Shown in pieces: positions 20,979 through 31,886 of a stretch of 64,000 nucleotides of DNA. The stretch spans positions 96,001 through 160,000 of the forward strand of contig CAWIEK010000046.1 in the NCBI GenBank assembly GCA_963835065.1, in the 5' to 3' direction. The position numbers and the translations under genes are program-made. The DNA comes from an uncultured Chthonomonadaceae bacterium. GTDB lineage: Bacteria; Armatimonadota; Chthonomonadetes; Chthonomonadales; Chthonomonadaceae. Position 1 is the first letter of the stretch. Each line of letters starts with the position of its first letter. The notes beneath the pieces were generated by a model. That model did no database searches, was not told the DNA's origin, and worked only from the letters and a program-made list of their open reading frames with translations.

Positions 20979-22486
20979 ATGCAATCTTCAGATCGAGTTA
21001 CAGAATTCGGGTTAACAAACTTCAAATCCTTTCATTATCTGGAACACATCAAATCTGTGCCCTTAACGGTACTTGTCGGCGCGAACAGCGCGGGCAAAAG
21101 TTCCCTACTGCAAAGTCTGTTGCTGCTGAAACAAACTAACGGAGGTGACCGCTTCAATGGCGTTCTCAAGTTCGATGGCGAGTGGACGCACTTAGGCAGC
21201 TACGCCAACGTCATTTCTGACTTCGATCCACACCGTAAACTTACATCGAGTTCTCTGTTCACGAGTTTACAATTTTTGGCAGAATAGTTGCCATTGAGCT
21301 GCTATCTTCAAGTCGGAGTTTCCTAAAGGAGAGGCTAAAACAGTCATGCTCAGATTTGCGTTACAACTTACGATTAGTGATGAGTTTTAGTATGCCCACG
21401 GCGAGGTGCTAGCATAGAGGTTACTCGTTCATATTTTGCTCGGTTAGTTCGTTCATACCATAATTCATGACGGTCAGAACAAAGTGTGGATTTGCAATGT
21501 AAGTGCAGCGGTAGAGATACATCTCTTCTAAAAATTTACCCCAACATGCCACTATTACCAAGAAACCTGAAATCGAGTTGCACTCATGTAGTAAATGATG
21601 GCTTCCTGACCTATTCGCTTCAACTTGCTTCCACAAAACATGAGTGGTAAGAAGAAAGATCAATCGGCCTTCTATGTTCCCTTTATCTTATGTTCCTGCT
21701 CTTTCTATACCTGTAGGCATTTTGGCTAATACACTTTGTCAGACCGTCTGGAATATCTAGGTCCTTTGCGCGCTGACCCACGTCCGTTTTATCCTGTAGG
21801 AAACTCCTGATGTTGGACTGACAAGGGGAAACCACTGTGCCTTACCTGTTACTGCCACCAAAACGATGTTATTACGTATGTGCCATCTCCCGTGCACGGC
21901 GTTAGGAAGCGACACTATTTAGACGCGACAAACTACTGGCTGAAAGTCATGAAGGTGACGGACTGCCTGAGCATCAATCCTGTTGAGTCTATCGCTTACG
22001 TTGCCGCTATTCAGTCACGGTCTGCGGCAACTAAGTCCGTCAACTTGTCGCAGGTGGGGTTTGGGGTGGGGCAGTTGCTGCCTGTGCTTGTCAGCTGGTT
22101 TGAAAGGGCCTGATAATTCTATGCTGCTGTTGGAGCAGCCGGAGATACATCTGCACCCGCGCTTGCAGGCGATGTTGGCGGAGTTTCTGCTGTGTACGGC
22201 GCAGGTGGGGAAAACCGTGATTGTGGAAACGCATAGCGATCATCTGATAAATCGCTTGCGGCGGTGCATTGCCGAAGATGAAACCGGAACGCTTGCCGAT
22301 ATGGTCAGCATCCTGTTTGTGCATCCCGGCACGGAGGACAATCCGAGTTCCTATGTCGAGGCATTGGAGATAGATGAAACGGGAAACATCGTCAACTGGC
22401 CTCCCGATTTTCTAAGCGAAGCCGCCAACGAGTCGCTTGCCATACTCCGGGCGTCACAGCAGAAAACTACAGCGGCAAAGCCATGA
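20979..22486 (+). pseudogene. AAA_15/AAA_21-type ABC ATPase with DUF3696-like C-terminus, multiply frameshifted
   Basis: Walker A GANSAGKS; EYLGPLR; VGFGVGQLLP; EQPEIHLHP; ETHSDH; GNIVNWPPDF, spread over several frames. Confidence 0.75.
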
Positions 22487-23370
22487 TCTGCCTTTTGGAC
22501 ATGGGGTTACTGGCGCTGGATACGGCGGCGTGGAACACCGACAGGCGCAAGTGTTTGCAGCCCGTGCTGTCAATGGCGCTGCATAGAGATTGGCTGTTGA
22601 AGTACCGCGTTCGCCTGCACTGGTCGGACGAATTTTTCAACGGATTCCCGTGGAACCAGCCGAATGTACCTCCCGAACTGATAGATTACTGTCGCGTCCT
22701 GACGCAGTTTCACAGCCAAATGCAGGCAAATGGCTTGTTGATTACGCAGGGACAGGCGAATGTACCGCCTGCGCTTCCGGCGATTATTCCTGATCTGATT
22801 GCCGAACCGCATCTTGCTCCTTTCCGCGCTACGTGGCTGTCCCTGCTCGGAACAATGGTTTGCGCCACAGAAGCGGTAAACGATGGCGTTGCGGTTCCCA
22901 CGTGGGAACAGCCGCTTACCAGAAATCGGCAGGAAATCATCATTCAGAATATGGCTGAAGTGACCGCTTGCGCCGCGCAGGTTCCGATGCTGAAAGCGGA
23001 AGCGGAATGGCAAGCGTTCATTCAGCAGTACCATAAGCCCGATTTGACGGGAATACGCATTGCCGTTTTGGGAGGCGAACGCGCTTCCTTTGAACGGGCA
23101 AAGCAGCGGCTTATGGAGGCTTACAACGTGGCGGATTGTCGCCGCCTGCCGCCACATTATGAAGAAAACCGGACGCAGCAGCAAACCCAACAACGGTTAA
23201 GCCAAGTTGACCTGCTTGTTATTTGCGCCAATCGGCTGAAACATTCCGATACCGGCCAAATTAGAAACATCGAAGAAGCCGGGAGTTTGTCGTGTGCCGT
23301 CGTGACTATCAACAGCGACAGCGCGGATCAGATTGTTCAGGCAGTAGTCAATCATTACCGCGCCAGTTAA
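22483..23370 (+). CDS. Hypothetical protein coupled to the ATPase; C-terminal DUF2325-like domain
   Basis: ATGA overlap with ATPase stop; IAVLGG...DLLVIC..LKH pattern. Confidence 0.65.
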   Translation: MICLLDMGLLALDTAAWNTDRRKCLQPVLSMALHRDWLLKYRVRLHWSDEFFNGFPWNQPNVPPELIDYCRVLTQFHSQMQANGLLITQGQANVPPALPAIIPDLIAEPHLAPFRATWLSLLGTMVCATEAVNDGVAVPTWEQPLTRNRQEIIIQNMAEVTACAAQVPMLKAEAEWQAFIQQYHKPDLTGIRIAVLGGERASFERAKQRLMEAYNVADCRRLPPHYEENRTQQQTQQRLSQVDLLVICANRLKHSDTGQIRNIEEAGSLSCAVVTINSDSADQIVQAVVNHYRAS

Positions 23371-23409
23371 ACATTTGCTCTGAATTATGGACAGGGAAGG
23401 GGATACGCT

Positions 23410-24580
23410 GTGACTGGAAAACGATTGTTGTTCCTGTGGGGAGGCGCAGCTTTGCTCGTCGCTCTGGAAACCAGCCCCGTTCGCGCCGATGAAAAGGCGG
23501 ACGCGCTGCTCAAAGAAGTGGAGCAGACGACCAGGACGATCAAAACGCTTACCGCTGACCTGGTGGTACTAGATTCCAGCACAAGCTTCGACGGCAAAGT
23601 GGGAACGTCCAAAATGGCGGCGACGCTCAAACTCAAAAAGCCCAATCTGGCCCGCATGAACTTCTCTGAGGGAGAGTACGCCAAATCTATCGCGTCCGAC
23701 GGCAAAAATCTGTACACGCTGATGCTCGACAATCAGTACCGAAAAGCCCCCGTTGATCCGATGGGTAAGGGCATTAATACGCTGTGGGTCGCGCCCATAG
23801 GTATGTTCTTCGGTGGTCAGCCTGCCGATATTTTTGGCGCCGGAGGTAAGCCGGAAACGGCCTACATGGGCAGGCAAGTTCTTGATGGCGTGGAATACGA
23901 GGTGGTTCAACTGAAAGGCGAAGCATCCCTTGGCCTTTACGATGAAACTCTATATCGCGCCGAGTAAACTGGCAACACGCATGGACCTGAACTTTCTGGA
24001 TAACCGTACACCGCGCAGGCTGGAAGCCGTGCTGAAAAACGTGAAAACGAATGTGGCTTTACCCGACACGGCGTTTGCCTACGCGCTACCCAAAGACGCA
24101 ACGGTTGACACGCCGCTCACATTAGACGATCACAACAAGAAGCTGCTTCCCGTCGGCAGCGTGGCTCCCCGCTTTGCGCTGTCTGCGCCGACAGGCGGCA
24201 AAACCACGCTTGCGGACGCGCTCAAAGGCAAGAAAGCCGTTCTGGTCAACTTCTGGTTCTACAATTGAGCCGCCTGTCGTAAGGAGTTTCCTCATCTGCA
24301 AACGTTGTACGCCGAACTCAAAGACAAAGGACTCGAACTCGTTGCCCTCAACGGCACGGATAGCGCGGACGTGATTAACAAGTACATCAAGGCGAATAAC
24401 TTCACCTTCTTGATCGGCATGAAGGGCAAGGGCGACAACTACGACGCGGCTTTGCAATATCGCGTACAACTCTATCCCACCAACTACGTGCTGGACAGCG
24501 ACGGCAAAGTAGTTTTCCGCTCTGTGGACTTCGATGAAGCGGGTATTCGCGCCGCATTGGAAAAACTCAGCGTCAAATAA
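23410..24580 (+). CDS. Secreted LolA-like/DUF2092 + TlpA redoxin fusion, probable selenoprotein (UGA 24266-24268); frameshift near 23930
   Basis: Signal peptide; LKKPN LolA-like; APRFAL...VLVNFWFYN-TGA-AACRKEFPHL...YPTNYVLDSDGKV in one frame. Confidence 0.78.
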
Positions 24581-24719
24581 GCGGTTAGGCGTGGCTGTAA
24601 ATGTCGGGCAAAGCGTCCACCGCGAAACGACAAGACGCTTTCCCGGAGCAAAGGCGGTCATAGCGACGCCTTTGTGCCTGTCCATTTGGTCCAATAAAGG
24701 CCAAATTTGTGTACGCCTG

Positions 24720-24749
24720 TTGACATACAGGCAAACCATGCGGTATATT
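24720..24749 (+). promoter_or_regulatory. Sigma-70 promoter for the str operon
   Basis: TTGACA-N18-TATATT upstream of rpsL. Confidence 0.65.
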
Positions 24750-25085
24750 GTAAAGGTTTGCAAAGCGCGATAGGCGTGGGCGACTGCGCATAAGGAGGCG
24801 GGCGGGGCGGACGAGAGTTCTTTTCCCTGGGGATCACCTGGCAAAACGTGCCATAGATGCCATTATGCCGTGTCCTGTCCTGCCGCGCAAGGGCAGGTTT
24901 TTTTACGTCCGGCGCGTTCCATCTGCGCCCGCAGCCTGCGCGTAAGCAGCAAACACCATTTTTCGGAGAGGAAAAAGAAGAAAGGAAAAAGTAACCAATT
25001 ATGGCGCTTTCTCCTTTTTACTTTTCCCTTTCACCTGATTTCAGCGCCGTGTGCGAAACGGAACTCAAAAGGGGATTGGCACAGT

Positions 25086-25457
25086 ATGCCTACGATCAAT
25101 CAGTTGGTCCGCAAGGGCCGCAAGCGTCTGATTAAGAAGACCAAAGCGCCCGCGCTCAAAGGCAATCCGCAACTGCGCGGCGTCTGCCTCGTGGTGAAAA
25201 CGGTCACGCCGAAGAAACCGAACTCCGCGCTGCGTAAAATCGCCCGCGTTCGCCTGACCAACAAAACCGAAGTCACGGCCTACATTCCGGGCATCGGGCA
25301 CAACCTGCAGGAACACTCCGTCGTGATGATTCGCGGCGGGCGCGTCAAGGACCTGCCCGGCGTCCGCTACCATATCGTGCGCGGCACACTCGACACCGCA
25401 GGAACCCGCGACCGCAAATCCAGCCGTTCCAAGTACGGCACGAAGAAGCCGAAGTAG
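25086..25457 (+). CDS. rpsL: 30S ribosomal protein S12
   Basis: [32 protein letters not shown]. Confidence 0.98.
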   Translation: MPTINQLVRKGRKRLIKKTKAPALKGNPQLRGVCLVVKTVTPKKPNSALRKIARVRLTNKTEVTAYIPGIGHNLQEHSVVMIRGGRVKDLPGVRYHIVRGTLDTAGTRDRKSSRSKYGTKKPK

Positions 25458-25579
25458 AGTAGTCAGTAGTCAGTAGTCAGTAGTCAGTAGAAATGCCTGC
25501 TTCCTCATAGTTTTTGCGACAATAATAGCTTGCAAGAAGAGGTTTTCTACTGACTACTGACTACTGACTACTGACTACT
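25458..25579. repeat. Heptamer palindrome (AGTAGTC)4 - spacer - (GACTACT)4
   Basis: Perfect ~36-bp inverted arms between rpsL and rpsG. Confidence 0.92.
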
Positions 25580-25597
25580 CTCCGACAGGAGACAACC

Positions 25598-26068
25598 ATG
25601 CCTCGTAAGGGAAAAAGTGTGCTGCGCGGGATTACGCCGGATCCGGTTTATGGCAACATTTTGGCGCAACGGTTTATCAACCGCCTGATGGTGGACGGCA
25701 AGAAGAGCGTGGCCGAAAAGATTTTCTACTCCGCGCTGGAACAATGCGAAGTTCGCGCCAAGCGTCCCGGAATTGAAGTGTTCGAGCAGGCCATCCGCAA
25801 TGTCGCGCCCGCTGTGGAAGTGCGCCCGCGCCGCGTCGGTGGCTCAACCTATCAGGTTCCGACCGAAGTGCGCCCGGAGCGGAAGTACGCCCTCGCGTTG
25901 CGCTGGCTGGTCACGAACTCGCGCAAGCGGGCCGGACGCACGATGGCCGAAAAGCTGACGGGCGAATTGATGGATGCCGCGAACGGAACCGGCTCGTCCG
26001 TGAAGAAAAAAGAAGACGTGCATCGCATGGCGGACGCGAACAAAGCGTTTGCGCATTATCGGTTTTAG
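25598..26068 (+). CDS. rpsG: 30S ribosomal protein S7
   Basis: MPRKG, RRVGGSTYQVP, ANKAFAHYR. Confidence 0.98.
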   Translation: MPRKGKSVLRGITPDPVYGNILAQRFINRLMVDGKKSVAEKIFYSALEQCEVRAKRPGIEVFEQAIRNVAPAVEVRPRRVGGSTYQVPTEVRPERKYALALRWLVTNSRKRAGRTMAEKLTGELMDAANGTGSSVKKKEDVHRMADANKAFAHYRF

Positions 26069-26196
26069 GAAGTAGTCAGTAGTCAGTAGTCAGTAGTCAG
26101 TAGAAATACATGCCTACTCAGAACTTTAGTGTGAAAACAAGAGCCAGTGAGCAGGAGATTTCTACTGACTACTGACTACTGACTACTGACTACTTC
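26069..26196. repeat. Second (AGTAGTC)4 - spacer - (GACTACT)4 palindrome
   Basis: Same arms as 25458-25579 with a diverged spacer. Confidence 0.92.
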
Positions 26197-26715
26197 TTCG
26201 TGCCCAAATTGCTCGGCACGAAGGGGGCTGCATGTTGTACAATAAAACAGCAACTTGTCGTATGGCAGGGCGCGTGTTACGCTGTCGAACGGGGTGTCTT
26301 CGGTAGGCCAATCGGCGGGTTGCGCGCTGGAAGGCTGCATCAACCGTTCACAACAGGGAAAAGCGGGCAAAACAATCCGGGACGGCAAATTGCCGTTCTT
26401 TGTTGCGAAAGCATCGTTTAATTCCGAGTTTAATTTCGGCCTGTTGGGAACGCAGCGTTTCGGTTGCGCTTGGCAGCGATTACGCGCCGCGCGATTGGCA
26501 GTACGGGTTGATTATTCATTGAAATCAATCAGTAACCCCGGTGTTTACGCATCGGAGAAATAATTGGCATTTGAATGATCCTGAGAACCCACATTTCACC
26601 CGTGACACTCGAAGACGGCAGCGAGTGGACATGACTATTCCTTCGGAAACATTCGTAAGCAATTTGAACGCCGCCCGCGTCGGATGACCGGGCGAGGATA
26701 GACAGAAACGAAACT

Positions 26716-28842
26716 ATGGCACGAGAATACCCTTTAGAGAAAATTCGTAACATTGGCATTGCGGCTCATATTGACGCGGGCAAGACCACCTGTACCGAGC
26801 GCATCCTGTTCTACACCGGGCGCACGCACCGCATCGGCGAAGTGCATGAAGGCGCGGCCACAATGGACTGGATGACGCAGGAGCAGGAGCGCGGTATCAC
26901 CATTACGTCTGCGGCGACCACCTGTTTCTGGGGCCTGAACACCGACCCGGCGACAGCCGCGCGTGAGCGTTCGCATCGTATCAATATCATTGACACGCCC
27001 GGCCACGTAGACTTTACCGTCGAAGTGGAGCGTTCTATGCGCGTTCTGGATGGCGTTGTCGCGGTCTTCTGCGCGGTCGGCGGCGTACAGCCGCAGTCGG
27101 AAACCGTGTGGCGGCAGGCCAACAAGTACAAGGTTCCGCGTATCGCGTTCGTCAACAAGATGGATCGCATGGGCGCGAACTTCTTCGGCGTGGTCGAGAA
27201 AATGCGCGAACGGCTGGGCGCAAACGCGGTTCCGATCCAGATTCCTATCGGCGCAGAAGCCGAATTCCTGGGCGTGGTAGACCTCATTACGATGAAGGCC
27301 ATCAAGTACCACGACGATCAGGGCCAGACGTATGACGAAGTGGACATTCCCGCCGACCTGGTGGATGTGGCGAACGAGTACCACACCAAACTGGTGGAAG
27401 CGGCTGCCGAGTCCGACGAAAGCCTGATTGAAAAGTACCTGGAAGGCGAAGCGATTTCCATTGACGAAATCCGCAACGCCCTGCGCATGGGAACCATTGC
27501 CGGCACGGTAATGCCCGTCGTCTGCGGTTCGGCCTACAAGAACAAGGGCGTACAGCAATTGCTGGACGCGGTTCTGTACTACCTGCCGTCACCCCTGGAT
27601 GTGAGCGGCATCCCCGGCATCAACCCGGACAGGGGTACGGAAGAAACGCGGCAGCCTGCCGACGACCAGCCGTTCAGCGCCCTCGCGTTCAAAATCGCGC
27701 AGGATCAGTACGGCGTGTTGACGTTCTTCCGGGTTTATTCGGGAACGCTCAAAACGGGTGAAACCGTGTTGAACTCGACCCGTGACCGCAAGGAGCGCAT
27801 CGGGCGCATCGTGCGGATGCATGCCAACACCCGCGAGGATGTCAGCGAAGTAAACGCGGGCGACATTGCGGCCATCGTGGGCTTGAAGGATACGCGCACC
27901 GGGGATACGCTGTGCGACGACAAGAAGCCGATCATTCTGGAAGCCATTGACTTCCCGGAACCGGTTATCTCCATCGCCATTGAGCCGAAAACCAAAGCGG
28001 ATCAGGACAAACTCTCTTCCGCGCTGGTGAAACTGGCAAGCGAAGACCCGACGTTCCGCGTGTCAACCGACCCGGAAACCGCGCAGACCATTCTGGCGGG
28101 TATGGGCGAACTGCACCTGGACATCAAGGTTGACATTCTGAAGCGCACGTATGGCGTGGAAGCCAACTTCGGCGCTCCGCAGGTGGCGTACCGCGAAACC
28201 ATTGCGCAGCACGCGGTAGCGCGCGTTCCGTTCAAGCGGCAAACGGGCGGTTCCGGTCAGTATGGCGACTGTGAACTGGAAGTGGACCCGCAGGAACCGG
28301 GCAAGGGCTACGAGTTCGTCAACAAGCTGACGGGCGGCTCGATCCCGAAGGAATACGTTCCCGCCATTGAAAAAGGCGTGAAAGAAGCGCTGGAAGCGGG
28401 CGTGATTGCCGGCTATCCGGTCGTGGACGTGAAAGTGTCCGTTACGGACGGCTCGTACCACGAAGTAGACTCCAGCGAAATCGCCTTCAAGGTGGCTGCG
28501 AACCAGACCATGAAGGAAGCCCTGCGCAAAGGCCGCTCGTACATCAAAGAGCCGATTATGGCGATTGAAGTGACGACTCCCGAAGGCAACATGGGCGATG
28601 TGATCGGCGACATCAACCGTCGGCGCGGTCAGGTGGAAGGCATGGAGCCGGAGCCGGGCGGCAAGCAGGTCGTGCGCGCGCAGTGCCCGTTGTCCGAAAT
28701 GTTCGGCTACGTGAACGATCTGCGCGGGTTTACACAGGGCCGCGCGTCCTTCACCATGACGCCCTCGCACTACGCGGAAGTGCCGCGTAACGTGGCGGAA
28801 GAGATCGCCGCCAAGAGCGGCAAGCAGCCTGTCAAGGCGTAG
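26716..28842 (+). CDS. fusA: Elongation factor G
   Basis: [41 protein letters not shown]. Confidence 0.98.
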   Translation: MAREYPLEKIRNIGIAAHIDAGKTTCTERILFYTGRTHRIGEVHEGAATMDWMTQEQERGITITSAATTCFWGLNTDPATAARERSHRINIIDTPGHVDFTVEVERSMRVLDGVVAVFCAVGGVQPQSETVWRQANKYKVPRIAFVNKMDRMGANFFGVVEKMRERLGANAVPIQIPIGAEAEFLGVVDLITMKAIKYHDDQGQTYDEVDIPADLVDVANEYHTKLVEAAAESDESLIEKYLEGEAISIDEIRNALRMGTIAGTVMPVVCGSAYKNKGVQQLLDAVLYYLPSPLDVSGIPGINPDRGTEETRQPADDQPFSALAFKIAQDQYGVLTFFRVYSGTLKTGETVLNSTRDRKERIGRIVRMHANTREDVSEVNAGDIAAIVGLKDTRTGDTLCDDKKPIILEAIDFPEPVISIAIEPKTKADQDKLSSALVKLASEDPTFRVSTDPETAQTILAGMGELHLDIKVDILKRTYGVEANFGAPQVAYRETIAQHAVARVPFKRQTGGSGQYGDCELEVDPQEPGKGYEFVNKLTGGSIPKEYVPAIEKGVKEALEAGVIAGYPVVDVKVSVTDGSYHEVDSSEIAFKVAANQTMKEALRKGRSYIKEPIMAIEVTTPEGNMGDVIGDINRRRGQVEGMEPEPGGKQVVRAQCPLSEMFGYVNDLRGFTQGRASFTMTPSHYAEVPRNVAEEIAAKSGKQPVKA

Positions 28843-28853
28843 CGCATCAACTC

Positions 28854-28896
28854 CGGGAGTAACGGGCAGACAACTGCCCGTTACTCCCGTTTCTTT
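28854..28896 (+). terminator. Rho-independent terminator after fusA
   Basis: 16-bp perfect stem cgggagtaacgggcag/ctgcccgttactcccg followed by tttcttt. Confidence 0.85.
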
Positions 28897-28957
28897 GCCT
28901 GTGCAAGTGTTTGCAGGAAGTTTGTTGGGTGGTACAACGAAGTTGTGGAGTTAAGCC

Positions 28958-29272
28958 ATGCCGGTAATTAGAATTCATCCGACAGTTCCGCAGGCCCCGC
29001 CGGAGTTGGTTGCCGCGCTTGCAGAAGAATTGCGGCGCAATGCGCCCGAAGGGCCGGAAGACGCGCCACGTATAGTTGAGGAAGAAGCCGTGCGCGGCAA
29101 CTACTTCGCGGTTAAAGTAATCTGGGATGCCTGGAAAGGTCTCGCCCCGGAACTGCGCAGTCGCGCGATTATGGACGCCTACAATCAAGTCAGGCCGGAA
29201 GATGTGTCCCATATCAGTCTGGCAATCGGCTTTACCCATGCGGACGCGCAACGCTTCAATCTCACTTCTTGA
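28958..29272 (+). CDS. Hypothetical protein, weakly BolA-like
   Basis: RBS ggag; VIWDAWKGL..E.RSRAIMDAY pattern. Confidence 0.6.
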   Translation: MPVIRIHPTVPQAPPELVAALAEELRRNAPEGPEDAPRIVEEEAVRGNYFAVKVIWDAWKGLAPELRSRAIMDAYNQVRPEDVSHISLAIGFTHADAQRFNLTS

Positions 29273-29284
29273 TGCAAAGGCAGC

Positions 29285-29920
29285 ATGATGTCTTATCCTG
29301 AACCAGCCTGCGACCAATCTGCGCCTTTCCTGATGTGGGTAGAAGACGTGTATTTCATCAACAGGAAATGGCACAACGATCACGGGGTATGTTGAGAGGG
29401 GATCGTTCAGGATCAATACGATCAATGTGGAAGTGGTAGGGCTATGATCTGTATGCGCCTTGCCCACGTCCCACAAATGTTACGATGATGGAACAAGGCA
29501 CAAGGTAGCAAAAGACGATAGTTTGTGGAGAACAGGCAGGCATTTTGCTTCGCGCTTGGATAGACGTATTGATGTACAGTTAGGGCAGGTTGTATTGCTG
29601 CGCCGGGCAGTATTCGGGCAGTATAAAGCGATTCCACGGCTAATATACAATGTGCCTGAGCGAAGCAGAAGGCAGTGAAAACATTCGGCCTTTATCGCAG
29701 ATGAAGAAGTCGAATTCTTGTTTTGTAATGTATTATGTTCCGGGAACTTATACGTTCCTTGTCATGAGGTTTGATCTGGCAGCATCCGCGAACAGAGTTA
29801 ACACTGAATTGTACACTTCCTCATCCCATCGCAATGGAAGAAGGACAAGAGTTTACCGTTTACTGCGGCGGGAAAGTTGTTGGAGCAGGTAAGGTTGTCG
29901 AACTGATAATGAAATTTTGA
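29285..29920 (+). pseudogene. Diverged EF-Tu domain II-III homolog lacking the G domain, frameshifted
   Basis: Across frames: SYPEP..PFLMWVEDVYFI, GTTITGYVERG, VEVVGL, GEQAGILLR, DVQLGQV, LSEAEG, PIAMEEGQEF..GGKVVGAGKV. Confidence 0.78.
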
Positions 29921-29982
29921 TAGTGTAACGCGCGACACCGAAACGGTAGAGTAACGGACGCGCACATGCTGTAGCTTTGATT

Positions 29983-30420
29983 ATGGAACCATTGGCAGCA
30001 ACGATGGACAATGGCGCAGGAAGCGTCCGAAACGGCGCGGCTGGCGCAAGGGGATGCGGCTATCGCTCGGCAGCAAGTCGCGTACTATACGCGGCGTATC
30101 AAGCGGCAACGGCGATTATTGCTGTATCGTAAAGCTAGAAACCGCCCGTAACAGCGCGAAGCCTGGAGCCACGCCGAAACACCCGCCATTTCTTGCCACA
30201 AACACCTGCATTCGGTTATTACGTTCAGCGGAGTAAAGCGCTATGACATTGGCGTAAACGGCTGAGGGAACTGTACAAATAACGGGTTACTGCGGATTAT
30301 GTTGGCAGTGTCGATGTGACACCCCTGGCGGCTGCAAACGCCATCAAAGATATGCGCTATATGCTCAACACGCGAAGTTATTTTGCGAAAGAGCAATTCT
30401 TATGGCTCTGCCGAAATGGA
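29983..30420 (+). pseudogene. Degraded HEPN gene, paralog of 31223..31624
   Basis: Fragments WQQ, AAYQAA, EAWSHAETP, LRELYK, VTADY. Confidence 0.72.
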
Positions 30421-30426
30421 ACAGAA

Positions 30427-30700
30427 ATGGCGGAGCAAGATAATATGGCGGCGGATTGGCTCAAACAAGTTGCCGCTGACGTGAATTGCACCCAATTGTT
30501 ATGTGCCACCTACACTGCGCGCTGATAGAGATGGCTGTACATACACGGTACAACTGCAGTAATGCGGGTGACGCTTCGGAAAGAACCAATGGTGCTGGAG
30601 CCTGGAAGATCTTGGAGTCTCACGAACGCAAAGCCACGCTGGCATTTGATGATAATGCCCGCTGGCGCGTAGCAAAAAGCGATTGTTCAAAGCCTTCGCA
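30427..30700 (+). pseudogene. Degraded copy of the small HEPN-partner protein
   Basis: MAEQDNMAADWLKQVA... GDASER... LED... KPRWHLMIMP, similar to 31627, 31887 and 32346. Confidence 0.5.
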
Positions 30701-30723
30701 ATGCCGAACTGATTACTAAATTT

Positions 30724-30779
30724 TGAGGTATAATAGCAAGCCGGTCTGCGGACAACGGATGCCCGACCGGTTTTTTCTT
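30724..30779 (+). promoter_or_regulatory. Putative rpsJ promoter (-10 TATAAT) followed by a leader hairpin and U-tract
   Basis: tgaggTATAAT at 30729-30734; ccggtc...gaccgg tttttt. Confidence 0.5.
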
Positions 30780-30782
30780 GCA

Positions 30783-30872
30783 TCGGTGTTCGGTGTTCGG
30801 TATTGGGTATTCGGAAAGATACGCGCAATCAATCTGAACACCGAACACCGAACACCGAACACCGAACACCGA
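30783..30872. repeat. Heptamer palindrome (TCGGTGT)n / (ACACCGA)n upstream of rpsJ
   Basis: Directly visible inverted tandem arms. Confidence 0.85.
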
Positions 30873-30889
30873 CACAGAAAGAGGAACCA

Positions 30890-31210
30890 ATGCCACCCCT
30901 CGGACGACAGGACAAGGTTCGCATTCGCTTGCGCGCCTTTGACCACCGCATCCTGGATCAGTCGGCAGAAAAGATCGTGGATACCGCCAAGCGCACGGGA
31001 GCGCGCGTGGCCGGACCCGTTCTCCTGCCAACCGACAAGGTGATTATCTGCGTGAACCGCAGCACGACCATTGACAAAGAAAGCATGGAGCATTTCGAGC
31101 AGCGGACGCACAAGCGCCTGATTGACATTCTCGAACCCGGCCCCAAAACCATTGACGCGCTGATGCGCCTCGACCTGCCCAGCGGCGTTGACATTGAAAT
31201 CAAGCTGTAA
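30890..31210 (+). CDS. rpsJ: 30S ribosomal protein S10
   Basis: [36 protein letters not shown]. Confidence 0.97.
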   Translation: MPPLGRQDKVRIRLRAFDHRILDQSAEKIVDTAKRTGARVAGPVLLPTDKVIICVNRSTTIDKESMEHFEQRTHKRLIDILEPGPKTIDALMRLDLPSGVDIEIKL

Positions 31211-31222
31211 GGCAAAATACGC

Positions 31223-31624
31223 ATGGAACTCTGGCAGCAATGGTTTGCAATGGCGATTGAATCCAATAATGCGGCAGAAAATGCGCAAAGCGCCCAACAT
31301 TGGCGTTCCAGCGTAAGCCGGTACTATTATTCAGCGTATCAGGCTGTTTCGGCTGTGTTGATTTATCGCGGACTGACGCCGCCACCAGAGGAAGAAGCCT
31401 GGGGACATGCTTCCACGCCGGACATGCTTGTGGAGCATTTCGGAACCTACATTCGCAGCAAGGATGTCAGGCAACGCTACGCAAATCAACTGCGGGAGTT
31501 GTACGCCTGGCGGATCAAAGCGGATTATCGTGGAAACGAGCAACTCCGAGCAAGCATCGGCGTTGTTCGTAAAAATGCCAACAGGTTGGTAGAAATGGCA
31601 GAGGGCATACTGCCGGAGGTATAG
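31223..31624 (+). CDS. HEPN domain protein (SRxYYxAY...R..ADY type)
   Basis: [26 protein letters not shown]. Confidence 0.82.
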   Translation: MELWQQWFAMAIESNNAAENAQSAQHWRSSVSRYYYSAYQAVSAVLIYRGLTPPPEEEAWGHASTPDMLVEHFGTYIRSKDVRQRYANQLRELYAWRIKADYRGNEQLRASIGVVRKNANRLVEMAEGILPEV

Positions 31625-31626
31625 CG

Positions 31627-31866
31627 ATGTACGAAGATATTCGGAATTGGCTATGCACAGAAGCGCAACAACGCAACATCCAGGCTGTTTTTCACATGGA
31701 TCGCGTTGAAACGCACAACGGTTGGATTAAGTTGCCTGTTCGCATTGAGGGCGAGGATTTAGACACCGGTGATCGCGTAGAAATAATGTCGGAATTGGAA
31801 GACTCTTGGAATGACCGGGAGCCAGCGCCTGAACCTCGACTCCATTTGTCACTGACGAAGAGGTAA
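31627..31866 (+). CDS. Small acidic HEPN-partner protein, copy 1
   Basis: Starts 2 nt after the HEPN stop with RBS ggagg; motif LEDSWND.EP. Confidence 0.75.
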   Translation: MYEDIRNWLCTEAQQRNIQAVFHMDRVETHNGWIKLPVRIEGEDLDTGDRVEIMSELEDSWNDREPAPEPRLHLSLTKR

Positions 31867-31886
31867 CAAATAGAACTTGTTGCTTA

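Noticed and set aside
24870..25085. N-terminal extensions of S12, S10 (from 30803) and L5 (from 40536) in the ORF track
   Set aside because: They are upstream leader or repeat sequence; canonical starts with an RBS lie downstream.
25458..26196. CRISPR array
   Set aside because: The repeats are tandem heptamers in inverted arms, not 23-47 bp direct repeats with spacers, and there are no cas genes.
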